Below are positions 37,991 through 51,614 of a DNA stretch of 64,000 nucleotides, piece after piece. The notes under the pieces were generated by a model. It was not told the origin of the DNA and searched no databases. It saw only the letters and a program-made list of their open reading frames with translations. How positions within the stretch are numbered: the first letter of the stretch is position 1; each line of letters opens with the position of its first letter. Position numbers and translations under genes: made by a program. The DNA comes from Malacoraja senta (lineage: Eukaryota): the NCBI GenBank assembly GCA_038087875.1, contig CM075996.1, positions 9,364,001 to 9,428,000 of the forward strand, given 5' to 3'.

Positions 37991-39295
37991 TTATACAGAT
38001 TATGTATAGATACATAATAAGGGAATAACGTTTAGTGCAAGGTAAAGCCAGCAAAGACTAATTAAGGATAGTCAGAGGGTCACCAATGAGGCAGATAGTA
38101 GTTCAGGAATAGGGCTATTCCCATCATGACTTTATACACTTGCATAAGATCGCCTCTGAGCCTCCTGCCCTCCGAGGAATAAAGCCCTAGCCTGCTCAAC
38201 CTCCCACTATAGGTGAGGCTCTCGAGTCCAGGCAACATCCTTGCAACTCTTCTCTGCATTGTTTCCAGCATAAAGTTCCTCTAGCAGGCCGACCAAAACC
38301 AAACACAATACAGTTGAGTGGAAACTATTCAAACATGTTTGTCACACGCATTGGGAATGTTACCGACTGGCCCGCTGCTGACTGCAGGAGTACGTGCTGA
38401 GGGACGCACTGAAGCTTGGTGCACCCAACGCCAAGGCTCGGTGGGGGAGGGCCACAGTCTAGGGTCCTTCCGCTGCTGGACATGGGGGGCAGCATGTGGT
38501 GGAGACGCCCCTCTAAATAAGGGAAGGGATTCCATGCCAGTGGGCCACATGAGTGGCACGGGTGGGGGTGTAAAAATGTGACTTGGGGAAACTGCATTGT
38601 ATGTATGTATAGCCTCCGAGAATGTCGGATGGAGTTTTTTGCACGGTACATGTATTGTATATATTTATTACTTGAAGAGTGTCTATTTTGAAATGTTTTT
38701 TAAAAATATTGTCGGTAAAATATTTGCTCCTACTTTGACGCAAGCAGCAAATTGATTTGTGAGTGCTCTCAAAATGTACCCTTCACCAGGGTTCAAAGTC
38801 CTGCCACCCTGCCGTCATAAACCTCCCGAAGCGAACACTAGTGGACATCGCCTGGATATTTGGGGGCCTTTTAGGGGCTATGCTCCTACATCCCAAAACC
38901 ATTCAGAATGGTAGATTAACCAGCCACTGAAACTTACCGCAGTGCGTTGGTGAGCAGTAGAATGTTGATAGGAATGCGGGTGGAATAAAATAGGGGAGGG
39001 GTGGATATTAGGGGGGGAGGCACAGTGGCGCAGCGGTAGAGTTGCTGCCCTACAGCGCCAGAGCCCCCAGTTCGATCCTGACCACGGGTGCTGTCTGTAT
39101 GGAGTGTGTACGTTCTCCCTGTGACCTGAGCAGCCTCACCCACTGAGTTTCTCCAGCATTTTTGTCTACCTCCCTGTGACCTTGTGGGGTATATCCGGGT
39201 GCCTCCCATTCTCCAAAAGACGTACAGGTTTTGTAGGTCAATTGGCTGCTGTAAGTTGTTGTCCTTTGTCCCCAGTGTGTGGGACAGTGTTAGTG

Positions 39296-40339
39296 TAGGT
39301 ATGTTACAATACTTACCTTCAGCGGTGCTGCAATTCTGCCACTGGCCGTGTGCGCGATTTTGCCGCCTTTGAGGGGGGGGCGGGGTTAAAACGCGGGTTT
39401 CTCCTACCTTGTCCTGTATTATATTTCGTTGGAGTACAAGCGTTTGCTGAAAAATCGTTCCTACGGGCGTTTTGTGTATTTTTTATTTTTTATTAAATCG
39501 ACAATGTCAGCGCTGGAGTTATTTTAAAATCAGCTTCAAAAGCCGTCAACGCCGACAACGGGGACGGATTTCACACACGGGACAGGTAAACGAAAGTAGT
39601 TTATTTTAATGTATAAAAGTGCTTCTTAAGAAGCCTTTAATTCATATTTTTTAATGCAAAACGGTGATTCTTTTCCCCGAACTAACAGCAGAATTTTTCA
39701 TGCCGATACGGGGTTAAATTCACCGCAAATCAACGTTCCAAATGATCGCGTTCCAGAAATCCTCACTCGCAAAATGATTTATATGGCCATTAATTTACAG
39801 GTATTAAACATTCAATTCCTTCCATTTGGCCTGTAAATCCATGACAATGAGATTTAAAAATTATGTTATATTGTGAATTCTTGTGTGAATGTTATTTGGA
39901 CACTTAGGCTATTTAAAAATGTTAATCTATTCTTAAGAAATTGATAGATGTTTAGATCTAGTAATTGAATTTTGTAATTAGCTACAATTAGGTAACTAAC
40001 TAATTATATGCTTTAATTTCATGTCATCTAAGCAAGATTGTTTCATATTTGTTTCAGAATGCTTCAATCTATAATAACTGAAAATTTCTTTCAGTTCTCT
40101 TAATTTTTAAGAACGTTATGGGCTTTTAACTGTCCTCGATCACAGCTTTTGTGTTAAGTCAATGGAAAAGCAATAGGGAACAAGATGCTAATTTCCGGGT
40201 ATGATAATGGCCATAACTTTTTTAATACTGAAGATATGAAAGTGAATTAGGTGTCAACTTAAACTTCTTTTTATGCTTTATCTGATGGGATAAATTGCAG
40301 ACTTTATTTCTTAAATCTCAAAATTTTGTAACATTGCTA
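39296..40339. mobile_element. Non-autonomous TIR DNA transposon (about 1.04 kb, hAT-like TAG ends) inserted in a SINE
   Basis: TIRs TAGGTATGTTACAA / TTGTAACATTGCTA. GTTAGTG is duplicated at 39289-39295 and 40340-40346. The SINE resumes after it. Confidence 0.75.
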
Positions 40340-40919
40340 GTTAGTGCACGGGGTGATCGTTGGTCGGCACGGATTTGGTGGGCTGAAGGGCCTGTTTCTC
40401 GGGGGCAGAATTTTTCTCGGCAGTAGAATTTTACCCAGTGACGTTCTCTGATTTACTGTGAGCTGCCATAGGAATGCGTGAAAGCAAAACATGCACCGAT
40501 TGTCTTATGATTGGAGACGAGAGATCAGTTATTGATTATATTTCACTCACCCACCTCTTCATTATGTCTCTTAGTGATTTTTGTCATTTTAGGTTGAGGC
40601 TTATTACTGTCATGTGTACTGAGGTACAATGGAAAGCTTACTATCTATCCAAACAGATGAGATAACACTATACATAAATACAATCGAGTCAAACTCAAGT
40701 ACATTAGGTAGAGCAAAGGGAAAGATACAGAGTGTAGAAAATCAGTTCCAGAGACACAGTTTAATCTCCGAAATGGGGTAGAGGTGAATTGGACAGTTTT
40801 TTAATGCAGATAGTTTTTAAGGCAGAGATTGACAGATTCTTGATTAGTAGTCAAGGGTTGTGGGGAGAATGGGTTGAGAGGGAAAGGTTTAGAAGAATGA
40901 TCCCAGGAATGAGTAGGTT

Positions 40920-41383
40920 TGTGGCGGCTCCCAAGGGTCGTGCCATCATAGTGTCGAACCCCTCGGCACAGGAGTGGTTCGGCCTCGAGGGCGCCCCCCT
41001 TCACGGCTCCCTCCGCCTGTCACTCCACCTGTCCTCCCGCCGGTCCCTCGTCCTGTCCCTCCACCTATTCCTCCGCAAGCCCCACGAGCGGCTAACTTCC
41101 GCGCGCGGGCCGGCCGGGTCGTTCGCCCGCCGGTGCGTTTCGTGCCTCTGGTTCTGGGGGGGGGGGGGTCCTGTGGCGGCTCCCAAGGGTCGTGCCATCA
41201 TAGTGTCGAACCCCTCGGCACAGGAGTGGTTCAGTCCGGAGGCGGCCCTTAGCCGGAGGCTTTAAAGGCAGGGGTTTGGGTGCCATCTTCCTCTCGTTTG
41301 GTCTTCCCTAGAACTGGAGGAACCTAATAAAAGTGCTTCTCGAAATACGACTTCGTGCTTCATTCAGAGACCCACGCACTACA
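40920..41383 (+). mobile_element. Collapsed LTR retrotransposon (Gypsy-like): partial 5' LTR, end of pol, PPT and full 212-bp 3' LTR
   Basis: TG...CA ends and a GGTT 4-bp TSD. 40920-40980 is identical to 41172-41232. A G-run PPT precedes 41172, and AATAAA lies in the LTR. It sits inside a CR1. Confidence 0.85.
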
Positions 41384-42000
41384 GGTTAACCTATGATGAG
41401 TGTTTGTCAGCACTGGGCCTGTACTCGCTGGAGTTTAGAAGGATGAGGTGGGGGACTCATTGAAACTTACCGTATAGTGAAAGGCTTGGATAGAGTGGAT
41501 GTGGAGAGGATGTTTCCACTAGTGGGAGAGTATAGGACTAGAAGTCATAGCTTCAGAATTAAAGGATGTACTTTTAGGAAAGAGTTGAGGAGAAATTTAT
41601 TTCGTCAGAGGGTGGTGAATCTGTGGAATTCTCTGCCACAGAAGGCTGTGGAGGCCAAGTCAGTGGATATTTTTAAGGCAGAGATAGATAGATTCTTGAT
41701 TAGTACGGGTGTCACAGGTTATGGGGAGAAGGCATGAGAATGGGGTTAGGAGGGAGAGATAGATCAGCCATTATTGAATGGCGGAATAGACTTGATAGAC
41801 AATAGACAATAGGTGCAGAGGTAGGCCATTCGGCCCTTCGAGACAGCACCGCCATTCAATGTGATCATGGCTGATCATCCCCAATCAGTACCCCGTTCCT
41901 GCCTTCTCCCCATATCCCCTGACTCCGCTATTTTTAAGAGCCCTATCTAGCTCTCTCTTGAAAGCATCCAGAGAACCTGCCTCCACCGCCCTCCACAGAC
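41384..42000. mobile_element. CR1 3' fragments (+ then -)
   Basis: ORF 41477-41737, then a reverse-strand tail from about 41795. Confidence 0.8.
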
Positions 42001-42519
42001 GATGAGCCCAATGACCAAATTCTACTCCTATCACACGACCTTATGATAGATCAGCCATGTTTGAATGGCGGAATAGACTTGATGGGCCGAATGGCCAAAT
42101 TCTGCTCCTGTCACCAATTAACATGAACAGAGCCCTAGCTTACGGAAGGACAGTTCAGAAGCCTGATAATGGAGGGGAAGAAGCTGTTCCCGAGTGTGCT
42201 GGTGGTCATTTTCAAGCTTCTGTACCTTCTGCTGGACAGGAGCGGGGAGAAGAAGCAACGACCGGAGTGGGACAAGTCTATGATCATGTTGGCTGCTTCT
42301 CCGAGACAGAGTGAAGTGTGGATGGGGGTTTATGACATCAGGTTTAGTGCCCTGAGATGGCTTATTTCATCAAAGCATTTTTAACAAATCCCTTCTTGAT
42401 CTTAAAGCTGTGTTTCATCTGAGCCATCACATTGAGCCTTTAAGTATTTATTTGTGTGACCCTGTTCCCGAGCCTCAAGGGATGGGACAATGGAGAGGAG
42501 AGTGGAGACTTTGACTTAC

Positions 42520-42605
42520 TTCAGTCCCACACAGATCAGCGATCGGAACTTCACATCCATCTGGGCATGGGCAGAGTCGTGACTCATGTTCACTGACTGG
42601 ACAGC
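42520..42605 (-). CDS. SGSM3: SGSM3 RUN-domain exon (86 nt): [28 protein letters not shown](N)
   Basis: tttcag|GCT...AA|gtaagt, phase 0/2. Confidence 0.93.
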
Positions 42606-43149
42606 CTGAAAGAAAAGCAGAGTTGGCACTGATGGAACCAGAGGTTCGGACAAGAATTTAGGGCAGCGTGGTGGCGCAGCGGTAGAGTTGCAGCCTCACA
42701 GCGCCAGAGACCAGGGTTCGATCCTGACTACGAGTGCTGTCTGTACGGAGTTTGTACATTCTCACCATGACCTTGGGTTTTCTCCGAGATCCTCGGTTTC
42801 CTCCCACATTCCAAAGACGTACAGGTTTGTAGGTTAATTGGCTCGGGGTAATTGCAAATTGTCCCTAGTGTGTGTAAGATAGTGAAAGAGTGCGGGGATC
42901 GCAGATCGGCAGCAATCAGTGGGCCAAAGGGCATGTTTCTGCGCTGTATCTCTAAACTAAACTGAGAAGACAGTGGCTCATCTTCATTTAGCCGTTTAGG
43001 ATTTTAATTGGGAAAAACAATTCAAATTATCATCCCTTCTTTTAATACTCTTTTTCTCACAAAATAAAGTTCCAGTGGTAGATAAGTGTTTTAGATACAG
43101 ACCCATCGGCCCACTGAGTCCGCACCGACCAGCGAACCCCGCACACTAA

Positions 43150-43466
43150 TAGCCCTGTCCCACGGTGCGAGTTCATTCAAGTGATCTCCCGAGTTTTAAA
43201 AAAATCAAACTCGTGGTAAGCACGGAGAATGAACGTAGCGGGTACGTTGGAGCTCGGGGACGTCTCTTAGCTAATAGCAGGTACTCGGGAAGACTCGCTA
43301 ACGGCAGGTAAGCACGGGAAGACTCGTGAAGATTTTTCAACATGTTGAAAAATGTCCACGAGAGCCCCGAGTACCGACGAGTGGCCATTACCATAAATCT
43401 CCATTTTCGAATCAGGGTAAACTCGGGAGAACTCTTGGAATGAACTCGTACCGTGGGACAGGGCTT
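43150..43466. mobile_element. PIF/Harbinger-type MITE inserted in a SINE
   Basis: TIRs (T)AGCCCTGTCCCACGGT / ACCGTGGGACAGGGCTT. TAA TSD at 43147-43149 and 43467-43469. Confidence 0.85.
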
Positions 43467-44595
43467 TAACACTATCCTACACACACTAGGGACAATTTAT
43501 AATTTTTTACCCAAGCCAATTAACCTACAAACCTGTACGTCTTTGGAGTGTGGGAGGAAACTGGAGCACCCAGAGAAAACCCACGCAGGTCACGGGGAGA
43601 ACGTACAAACTCCGTACAGACAGCACCCGTATTCAGGATTGAACCCGGGTCTCTGGCGCTGTGAGGCAGCAACTCTACCGCTGCACCACCATGCCGTACA
43701 GGAAATGACAATAATGGAAATTCTGTCGTTAAACATAAGCACCATGTTATTACTGTACTAAATCATATTTCTATATTCGTAGGTGTGGACTACTGGGAAT
43801 GGCAGAAAATTACTATGTCTGAATTCCTGCCAACTTCCCTAACTTGTGTGCAGGACCACAAACCTCTTTGTCAATTCTCACTTTGATAATGACTTAGATA
43901 CAGCATGGAAACAGGCCTTCTGGATCACACTGCCCATCGATTAAGCTTAACACTCACTAGTTCTATGTTATCCCAACTTTCTCATCCACTCCCTACACAC
44001 TAGGGGCAATTTACAGAGGGCCAATTAACCTACAAACCCGCACGTCTTTGCGATGTGGGAAGAAACTGGAGCACCCGGAGGAAACTCACACGGTCACAGG
44101 GAGAACGTGATAACGGAGTTATAGGTTTAGGTTGGGCAGATGAGGACCATATTCCTTGAGCACAGGAGGATGAGGGGTGATCTCAGAGGTGTATTGGATC
44201 ATGAGGGGAATAGATAGGGTAAATGCACAGAGTCTTTCACTCAGTATAAGGGACTTGAGGACCAGGGGCCATGTTTTAAGGTGAGTGGTGGGTATTTAGA
44301 ACAAGCTGCCATTGCAGGTAGTAGAGGCAGGGTACTATAACAACATTTAAAAGACAGACACAAAAAGCTGGAGTAACTTAACAGGTCAGTCAGCATCTCT
44401 GGAGAAAAGGAATAGGTGACGTTTCGCGTCGAGAACCTTCTTCTCTTAAATAGACAATAGACAATAGGTGCAGGAGTAGGCCATTCGGCCCTTCGAGCCA
44501 GCCATTGAATGTGATCATGGCTGATCATCCCCAATCAGTTCCTGCCTTCTCTCTCAATATCCCTTAACTCCGCTATCCCTAAGAGCTCTATCTAA

Positions 44596-44823
44596 AGGGC
44601 CTGTCCCACTTTCACAACCTAATTCATGACCTCTGCCGAACTTGCCCTTGACTCATACTCGCAGCATGGTCGTCACGAGGTTATAGGAGGTCGTAGGCAG
44701 GTCGTGATGCTAGTCGTAGGTACTCGTGGCATCAAGTAGGTCGGGGCGTTTTTTCTAGCCTGATGAAAAATGTCCACGAGTAAAAAAGGTCGTGAATTAG
44801 GTTGTGAAAGTGGGACAGGCCCT
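44596..44823. mobile_element. PIF/Harbinger-type MITE inserted in a CR1 tail
   Basis: TIRs AGGGCCTGTCCCACTTTCACAACCTAATTCA, TAA TSD. Confidence 0.88.
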
Positions 44824-45794
44824 TAACTCTATCTAAATATTTAAAAGACATTTGGACAGGCTGATGGATAGGAAGATATGGGCCCTAATGTGGGCAGGTG
44901 GGACTAGTATAGATGGGGCATCTTGGTTGGCACGGCCAAGTTGGGCCAAAGGGCCTATTTCCGTGCTGTGTTACACGATGACTAAACATAGACAGCATCC
45001 GAGGTCAGGATCAAACGCGGGTCTCTGGCACTGTGAGGCAGCGTCTCTACCCGCTGCGCCACCGTGCCGCCCTTAGACGTCTGGCTACTACCCCGCCTCT
45101 ACAGTACAGGAAGGAGGGAATGAGAGTAGCTGTGAGAACCAAGTCGTAATCAGATGTCGGCTTGATAATGTCTGAACATGAAAATCCAGGAATAAGGAGG
45201 GCAAAGTGACGCTGCAAGAACCGAGTAACAGTGGATATAAACGGGAATGTCAGCGTGACATTGGGCGGGTGCGGGCTTACTCGAGGGTAACAGGATAATG
45301 GAGACACAAGGAACTGCAGATGCCGATTTACAATTAAAAACACACAAAGTGCTGGAGTAACTCAGCGGGTTGGGCAGCATCTCTGCACATCATGGATAGG
45401 TGGCATCATGTGTAGGAAGGAACTGCAGGTGCTGGTTTACACCGGATAGATACAAAATGCTCAGCGGGACAGGCAGCATCTCTGGAGAGAAGGAATGGGT
45501 GAGGGTTTGGGGTCGAGACAGATGGCGGTTGGGACGGGTCTGAAGAATGGTCCCAACTCCAGAGACGTTGCATGAGGTACTCCAGCATTTTGTGTCTGAC
45601 CGGAAACAACTTTGCATCTCCCTCCTGCCTCACATCCCTTCTTCTCCTCCGTTCCCTCCCTCCCGCACCTCCCCCACCCGAGGAAACTCGTTGACAAATC
45701 CCACTTCTGCCGTATCCCTTGCCATGGTCAGAAGCCCCCCTCTGCTCAGAAATAGGCCCCTCCCTCCCTCCCTCCCCTCCGCCCCGTTACTCAC

Positions 45795-45843
45795 TCTGTA
45801 TAGAAGTTCCTCAGGGGTCAGCACCTTCCCGTCTTCATCCAAC
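45795..45843 (-). CDS. SGSM3: SGSM3 exon (49 nt): (R)LDEDGKVLTPEELLYR
   Basis: ttgcag|G...AGA|gtgagt, phase 2/0. Confidence 0.92.
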
Positions 45844-46434
45844 CTGCAAGAATGAATGTCCATTACGTGATGCACCCATGGCGGCATCCAGCACAGAAAC
45901 AGGCTCTGCAAACCTGTACCTCTTTGGAGTGTGGGAGAAGAATCCAGAGCTCCCGGATAAAACCCACACGGTCACGGAATCAACTCAGGCTGCGTGTTTG
46001 TCTCACGGTTCTCTCCTGAGGCGCCACCAGCAGCGACACAGGGAGCTCAGGCCCAGCCAGGGCCTAGCCCTGACACATACTTATTCACTTACTAACACTT
46101 CATCTCTAGTGTTCTACATTTAGTTTAGAGATACAGCGTGGAAACAGGCCCTTCAGCCCACCGAGTCCGCACCGACCAGCGATCTTGCACACAAGCACTA
46201 CCCTACACACTAGGGACAATTTACAATTTTACCAACGCCAATTAACTTACAAACCTCTACGTCTTTGGAATCTGGGGGGAAACCGGAGCACCCGGAGAAA
46301 ACCCACGCAGGTCACGGAGAGAACGTACAAACTCCGTACAGACAGAAGCTGCAGTCTAATCTGTGTGAAGTCTTTGGTTGTACTAATTGCTTGTCTAATT
46401 TAAAGTCAGGGTACACCACAATACAGTACTGGTA

Positions 46435-47322
46435 CAGTAAACCCTTGTTTTAACAGACCCCTTTATAATGGATTTGGACATAGCAGACGGGCACTGTTGA
46501 TGCCACCCTAACTCGCACTGCCTCCCCTCTGCTTACAGCCCTGGCTTCCAATGCCACGCCCAGCTCACAGGGTGCCCCAGCGAGCCCTACTTCACCCACC
46601 CCGCAGTCCAGCTGACACAGCTGTTGTTGTGGCTCACATTGTAGCCCTGTGGGGATAGAGCTTTCTTCAGGTTGTTTTAAGGTGAAACGACACAGTGTTG
46701 GAGTAACTCGGGAGACACGGTGGCAAAGCGGTAGAGTTGCTGCCACACAGGCCAGAGACTCGAGTTCGATCCTGACCATGTGTGCTGTCTGTACGGAGTT
46801 TGTACGTTCTCCCTGTGACCTGTGTGGGTTTCCTCCGAGATCTTCGGTTTCCTCCCACACTCCAAAGACGTACAGGTTTGTAGGTTGACAAAAATGCTGG
46901 AGAAACTCAGCGGGTGAGGCAGCATCTATGGAGCGAAGGAAATAGGCAACGTTTCGGGTCGAAACCCTTCTTCAGAATAAATTGGCTTGGGATAAATGTA
47001 AATTGTCCCCAGTGCGTGTTGCACAGCGTTAATGTGCGGGGATCGCTGGTCGGTGCAGACTCGATGGGCTGAAGGGCCTGTTTTCGCGCTGTATCTCTAA
47101 ACTTAACTCAGCAGACTGAATCCGTCTGAAGAAGGGTCCCGACATCACCTATGTATGTTCTCCAGAGATGCTCCAGCACTTTGTGTTCTTTAGTGTATTA
47201 ACCAGCATCTGCAGTTCTTTGTTGCAACTACATGAGATAATAATATTACACTCGGTTGTAGTGAACAATCGGCAATAACGGACAACACTCCCCCAATGGT
47301 CCGTTATAACGAGGGGTCACGG
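46435..47322. mobile_element. Tigger/pogo-like non-autonomous element with nested SINE (46712-47106)
   Basis: TA-flanked imperfect TIRs CAGTAAACCCTTGTTTTAACAGACC / GGTCCGTTATAACGAGGGGTCACGG. Confidence 0.6.
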
Positions 47323-47351
47323 TATTTCTGTTATATAAGAGATATTAAAAC

Positions 47352-47559
47352 CTAAGATAGACACAAAATGCTGGAGTAACTCAACGGGACAGGCAGCATC
47401 TCTGGAGAGAAGGAATGGGTGACATTTCGGGTGGAGACCCTTCTTCAGACCCGAAACGTCACCCATTCAATCTCTCCAGAGATGCTGCCTGTCCCGCTGC
47501 GTTACTCCAGCATTTAGTGTCTGCCTTCGGGTAAATCAGCATCTGCAGTTCCTTCCTAC
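47352..47559. mobile_element. Palindromic Penelope-pLTR-derived short element with 12-bp TSD
   Basis: Inverted arms. AGATATTAAAAC occurs at 47340-47351 and 47560-47571. Confidence 0.75.
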
Positions 47560-48028
47560 AGATATTAAAACGACAACTTGGGCTGGAGTCACACTGACAG
47601 CAACTCGGCTGATCCAGCAATCCGGTACAGGGCAAGTAACGATGGAAAGAAATAAACCCGCAGATTATTGAATGTTGTTACATCAAACAATCTCAAAGTA
47701 AGCACAGCGAAACATGCATTATACAGAAATAGACCTTGTGTGTAGGAAGGAACTGCAGATGCTGGTTTAAACCGTAGACACAAAACGCTGGAGTAACTCA
47801 GCGGGTCAGGCAGCATCTCCGGAGAAAAGGAATAGGTGACGTTTCAGGTGGAGACCCTTCTTCAGATTAGACCTTAATAGATCTTAGACAGATACAAAAC
47901 TCCTGCTGCCTGTCCCGCTGAGTAATTTTGTGTCTATTTTCGGCTTAAACCAGCATCTGCAGTTCTTTTCTAGACCTTAATAGACCTTGGTTTGTTTTTA
48001 CTATTGAAACAAATTGAGTATCGCGTAC

Positions 48029-48099
48029 CTGTAAGTCTTACACAGCACCAGCCGGGAATACACCGAGTCAAAGTCTCTCTCCACCTCCTTCCCGGCAGC
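48029..48099 (-). CDS. SGSM3: SGSM3 exon (71 nt): [23 protein letters not shown](R)
   Basis: cctag|GCT...AG|gtacgc, phase 0/2. Confidence 0.92.
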
Positions 48100-48467
48100 C
48101 TAGGTGATCAAGGATGGGTGATGGCATACAAGATGGAGCAAGAGGAGGATAAGAAGGACAGCATTCAAAGAGGGGCAGGGATGAGAGGGGCAATAAGGAA
48201 ACGTATGCGGTGCAGAGATGGGGGACAAAAAGGGAAGATGAAAATGGTTGACGAGAACAAATGAAGTGAGAAGAGAGAGGAGGAGATATGTGGGGGGCAG
48301 AGGGGATAGTGTGGAGACGATGAGGAAAGTGAGAGGGAGAGGGAAACACAGAGGGGGAAGGAAGAAGGGATGAGGGGAAAAAAAGTCACGGGAAACAAGG
48401 AAGATGGGGAAGGAGCAGAGAGGAGAGAAGAAGAAAAATAAAATTAATTGTCTGGCCACAATTTATA

Positions 48468-49645
48468 GTCATAGAGTGATACAGCGTCTAAACAGGCACT
48501 TCAGCCCAACTTGCCCACACCGGTCAACATGTCCCTGCTGCACCTACCCTTGTTTGGTCCATATCCCTCCAAAGCTGATATATCCATGTACCTGTCCAAC
48601 TGCTTCTTAAATGTTGGGATAGTCCCTGCCTCTACTACCTCCTCTGGCAGCCTGTTGCATACACCCACCACCCTTTGTGTGAAAAAGTTACCCCTCATAT
48701 TCCTATTAAATCATTTCCCCTTTACCTTAAACCTATGACCTATGTACTCTGGTCCTCGATACCCCTACTCTGCGCAAGAGACTCTGTGCATTTACCCAAT
48801 CTATTCCTCTCAGTATTTTGTACACCTCTATAAGATCACCCCTCATCCTCCTGCCCTCCAGGGAATAGAGTCCCAGCCTGCTCAACATCTCCCTATAGCT
48901 CACACCCTCTAGCCCTGGCAGCATCATTGTAAATCTTCTCCGCACCCTTTCCAGCTTGACAATATCTTTCCTATAACGCGGCCAGTGGCGCAGCGGTGGA
49001 GCTGTTGCCTTACAGCGCTTGCAGAGGCCCGGGTTCGATCCCGACTATGGGTGCCCGTCTGTACGGAGTTTGTATGTTCTCCCCTTGACCGCAAGGGTTT
49101 TCTCCGAGAACTGGGTAGTGTTGTAGAGCAGAGGGATCTAGGAGTACGGGTACATGGTTCCTTGAAGGAGGAGCCGCAGGAGGATAAGGTGGTCAAAAAC
49201 TGCATTTGGCACATTGGCCTTCATCAGTATTGAGTATAGAAGTTGGGAGGTCATGTTGCAGTTGTATAAGACGTTGGTGAGACACCATTTAGAATATTGT
49301 GTTCTGTTCTGGGCACCATGTTATACGAAAGATATTGTCAAGCTTGAAAGGGTTCAGAAAAGATTTATGAGGATGTTGCCAGGACTAGAGGGTGTGAGCT
49401 ATAGGCAGAGGTTGAGTAAGCTGGTTCTCTATTCCATGGAGCGCAGGAGGATGAGGGGAGATCTTATAGAGGTATACAAAATCCTAAGAAACAGTTAGAC
49501 AGGTTCATGGATAGGACAGGTTTGGAGGGTTACGGACCAAGCGCAGGCAAGTGGGACTAGCGTAGCTGGGACATTGTTGGCCAGTGTGGGCGAGTTGGGC
49601 TGAAGGGCCTGTTTTCACACTGTATTAATCTATGACTCTATGACT
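48468..49645. mobile_element. Two CR1 3' fragments in inverted orientation separated by a SINE head
   Basis: Minus copy at 48468-48980, SINE head at 48984-49108, plus copy at 49111-49645. Confidence 0.8.
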
Positions 49646-50547
49646 ATCTTCGGTTTCCTCCCACACTCCAAAGACGTACAGGTTTGTAGGTTAATTGGCC
49701 TGGTGTATGTGTAAATTGTCCGTAGGGTGTGTAGGATAGTGTTAATGTGCGGGGATCACTGGTCGGTGGGCCGACGGGCATGTTTCTGCGCTGTATCTCT
49801 AAAGCTAAAACCAGCAGGTGGCGCGAGGAACAATGGCAGCCTCTGCCAACGGCCTGTCTCGTATTTTTCTTCTTTGTTGTTTTTAGTCTGTTATTAAATG
49901 TATGTTTTAGTGTACCTTTAGTTTTGCATTTTGTGTGGGGTGGGGGGGGGGGGGGTTGGGGGAAACTTTTTAAATCTCTTTCCTCGACGGCGATGCGACT
50001 TTTTTTCGTATGGTATCTCCGTCCGCAGGTGGCTTAACATCATGGAGCTGGCGGCCTCTTGCCAGGGATCGACATTGGGAGCCTGCGGACTTAACATCGT
50101 GGAGCTCGCGTTCTCTGGTTCTCAAGTTGCAGGAGCTTCGATCGCCCCGACTGCGGATGATTCGACTGCCCCAACCGTGAGAGAAAAGGAGGAAAGAAGA
50201 TAAGACTATTGCCTTCCATCACAGTGGGGAATGTAGTGGAGCCGCTGTGGTGGAAGTTTATGTTGTTGTGTGTCTTGTTGCTCTCTTTGGTAAGACTGTA
50301 TGGCAAATCAAATTATTTGTATGTCGCAATACACACCTGGCTAATAAATTAATTACAATTAATTTCGATTACGATTAAAACTAAACAAAGTGCCCAAAAC
50401 TGAACACAACACTCTAAATGCGGTCTCACAACGTGACCTCCCAACATCTGTACTCGGTACAAAATACTACATTTGTTTACTTAAACAAAAACAGTGAGAG
50501 ATAATTGCCGAATGGACATTTTTGGGATGCGGGTGAGGAGCCGTTAC

Positions 50548-50700
50548 CTCTTCGATGAACAGCCAGGGATGACAGGGCCCACCGAGGATGGATGGTTTCT
50601 TCAGACCTTGCTCGAATATCGCCTTGAGTGCCGGACAGAGCGAGCCCCGCACCAAGTCTGTTATGGCTTCCGATACCGAATCATCTCCAGCCATGGAGTA
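50548..50700 (-). CDS. SGSM3: SGSM3 exon at start of RUN domain (153 nt): [51 protein letters not shown]
   Basis: ctgcag|TAC...GAG|gtaacg, phase 0/0. Seen in ORF 50467-50718. [14 protein letters not shown] is the RUN motif. Confidence 0.94.
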
Positions 50701-51614
50701 CTGCAGGCAGGAAGACAAATCACCCTGTCAGCCTGTGAGACAGACCAAAGCGAGAGCGCGTGCGAAACATGGCGATGAACAGCGGAGCACTTTACGGAAT
50801 ACAGTTCACACAGGATGCATACGTTCGTTAGTGATAGGAGCAGATTTTGGCCCATCAGGGCTGGTCTATCTTTCCCTCTCAACCCCATTCTCCTGCCTTC
50901 TCCCCATAATCCCTGACACCCGCACTAATCAAGAACCTTTCCATCTCAGCCTCAAAAATATCCAATGACTTGGCCTCCACAGCCGTCTGTGGCAAGGAAT
51001 TGGACAGGACAGAACACCACTGGAGATCCTTTTCCCTTGTGGCTATTAAACTTCACAACTCTTCCCCCTTCTGTCGTGGTAGACTGAGTGACACCCTTCC
51101 CCCACCCCCCTCCCCAATCTTTGCACATCCCCCAAGCCTTTCCACTCGTCACTTAAAATTTCATGTTTCATGTATTTTGTGTTTGTATGAATGTTGGCAG
51201 ATCAATTTACCTCGTGGGATAAATAAAGTTCTATCATATCGTATTGTACTGAATTCCACAGGTTCACCACCCCCTGACTAAAGAAATTCCTCCCCATCTC
51301 CTTGCTAAAGGAACATCCTTTTATTCTGAGGCTTTGGCCTCTGGTCCTGGACCCACTAGTAGAAACATCCTCTCCACATCCACTCTACCCAGGCCTTTCA
51401 CTATTCGGAATGCCTGACCTCAGCTTAATAAACATTGCAGAATGTGTGGAAATGTTCACTTCCAAGGGCATAGAAATCAAAGAAACATTTCCTTGATTCC
51501 CCTCCAATTATCCTACGGGCTGAAGAAGGGTCCCGACACAAAACATCACCCATCCTTTTTCTCCAGAGATACCGCCTGGCCCGTTGAGTTACTCCAGCAC
51601 CAGGTTCAAGAGTT

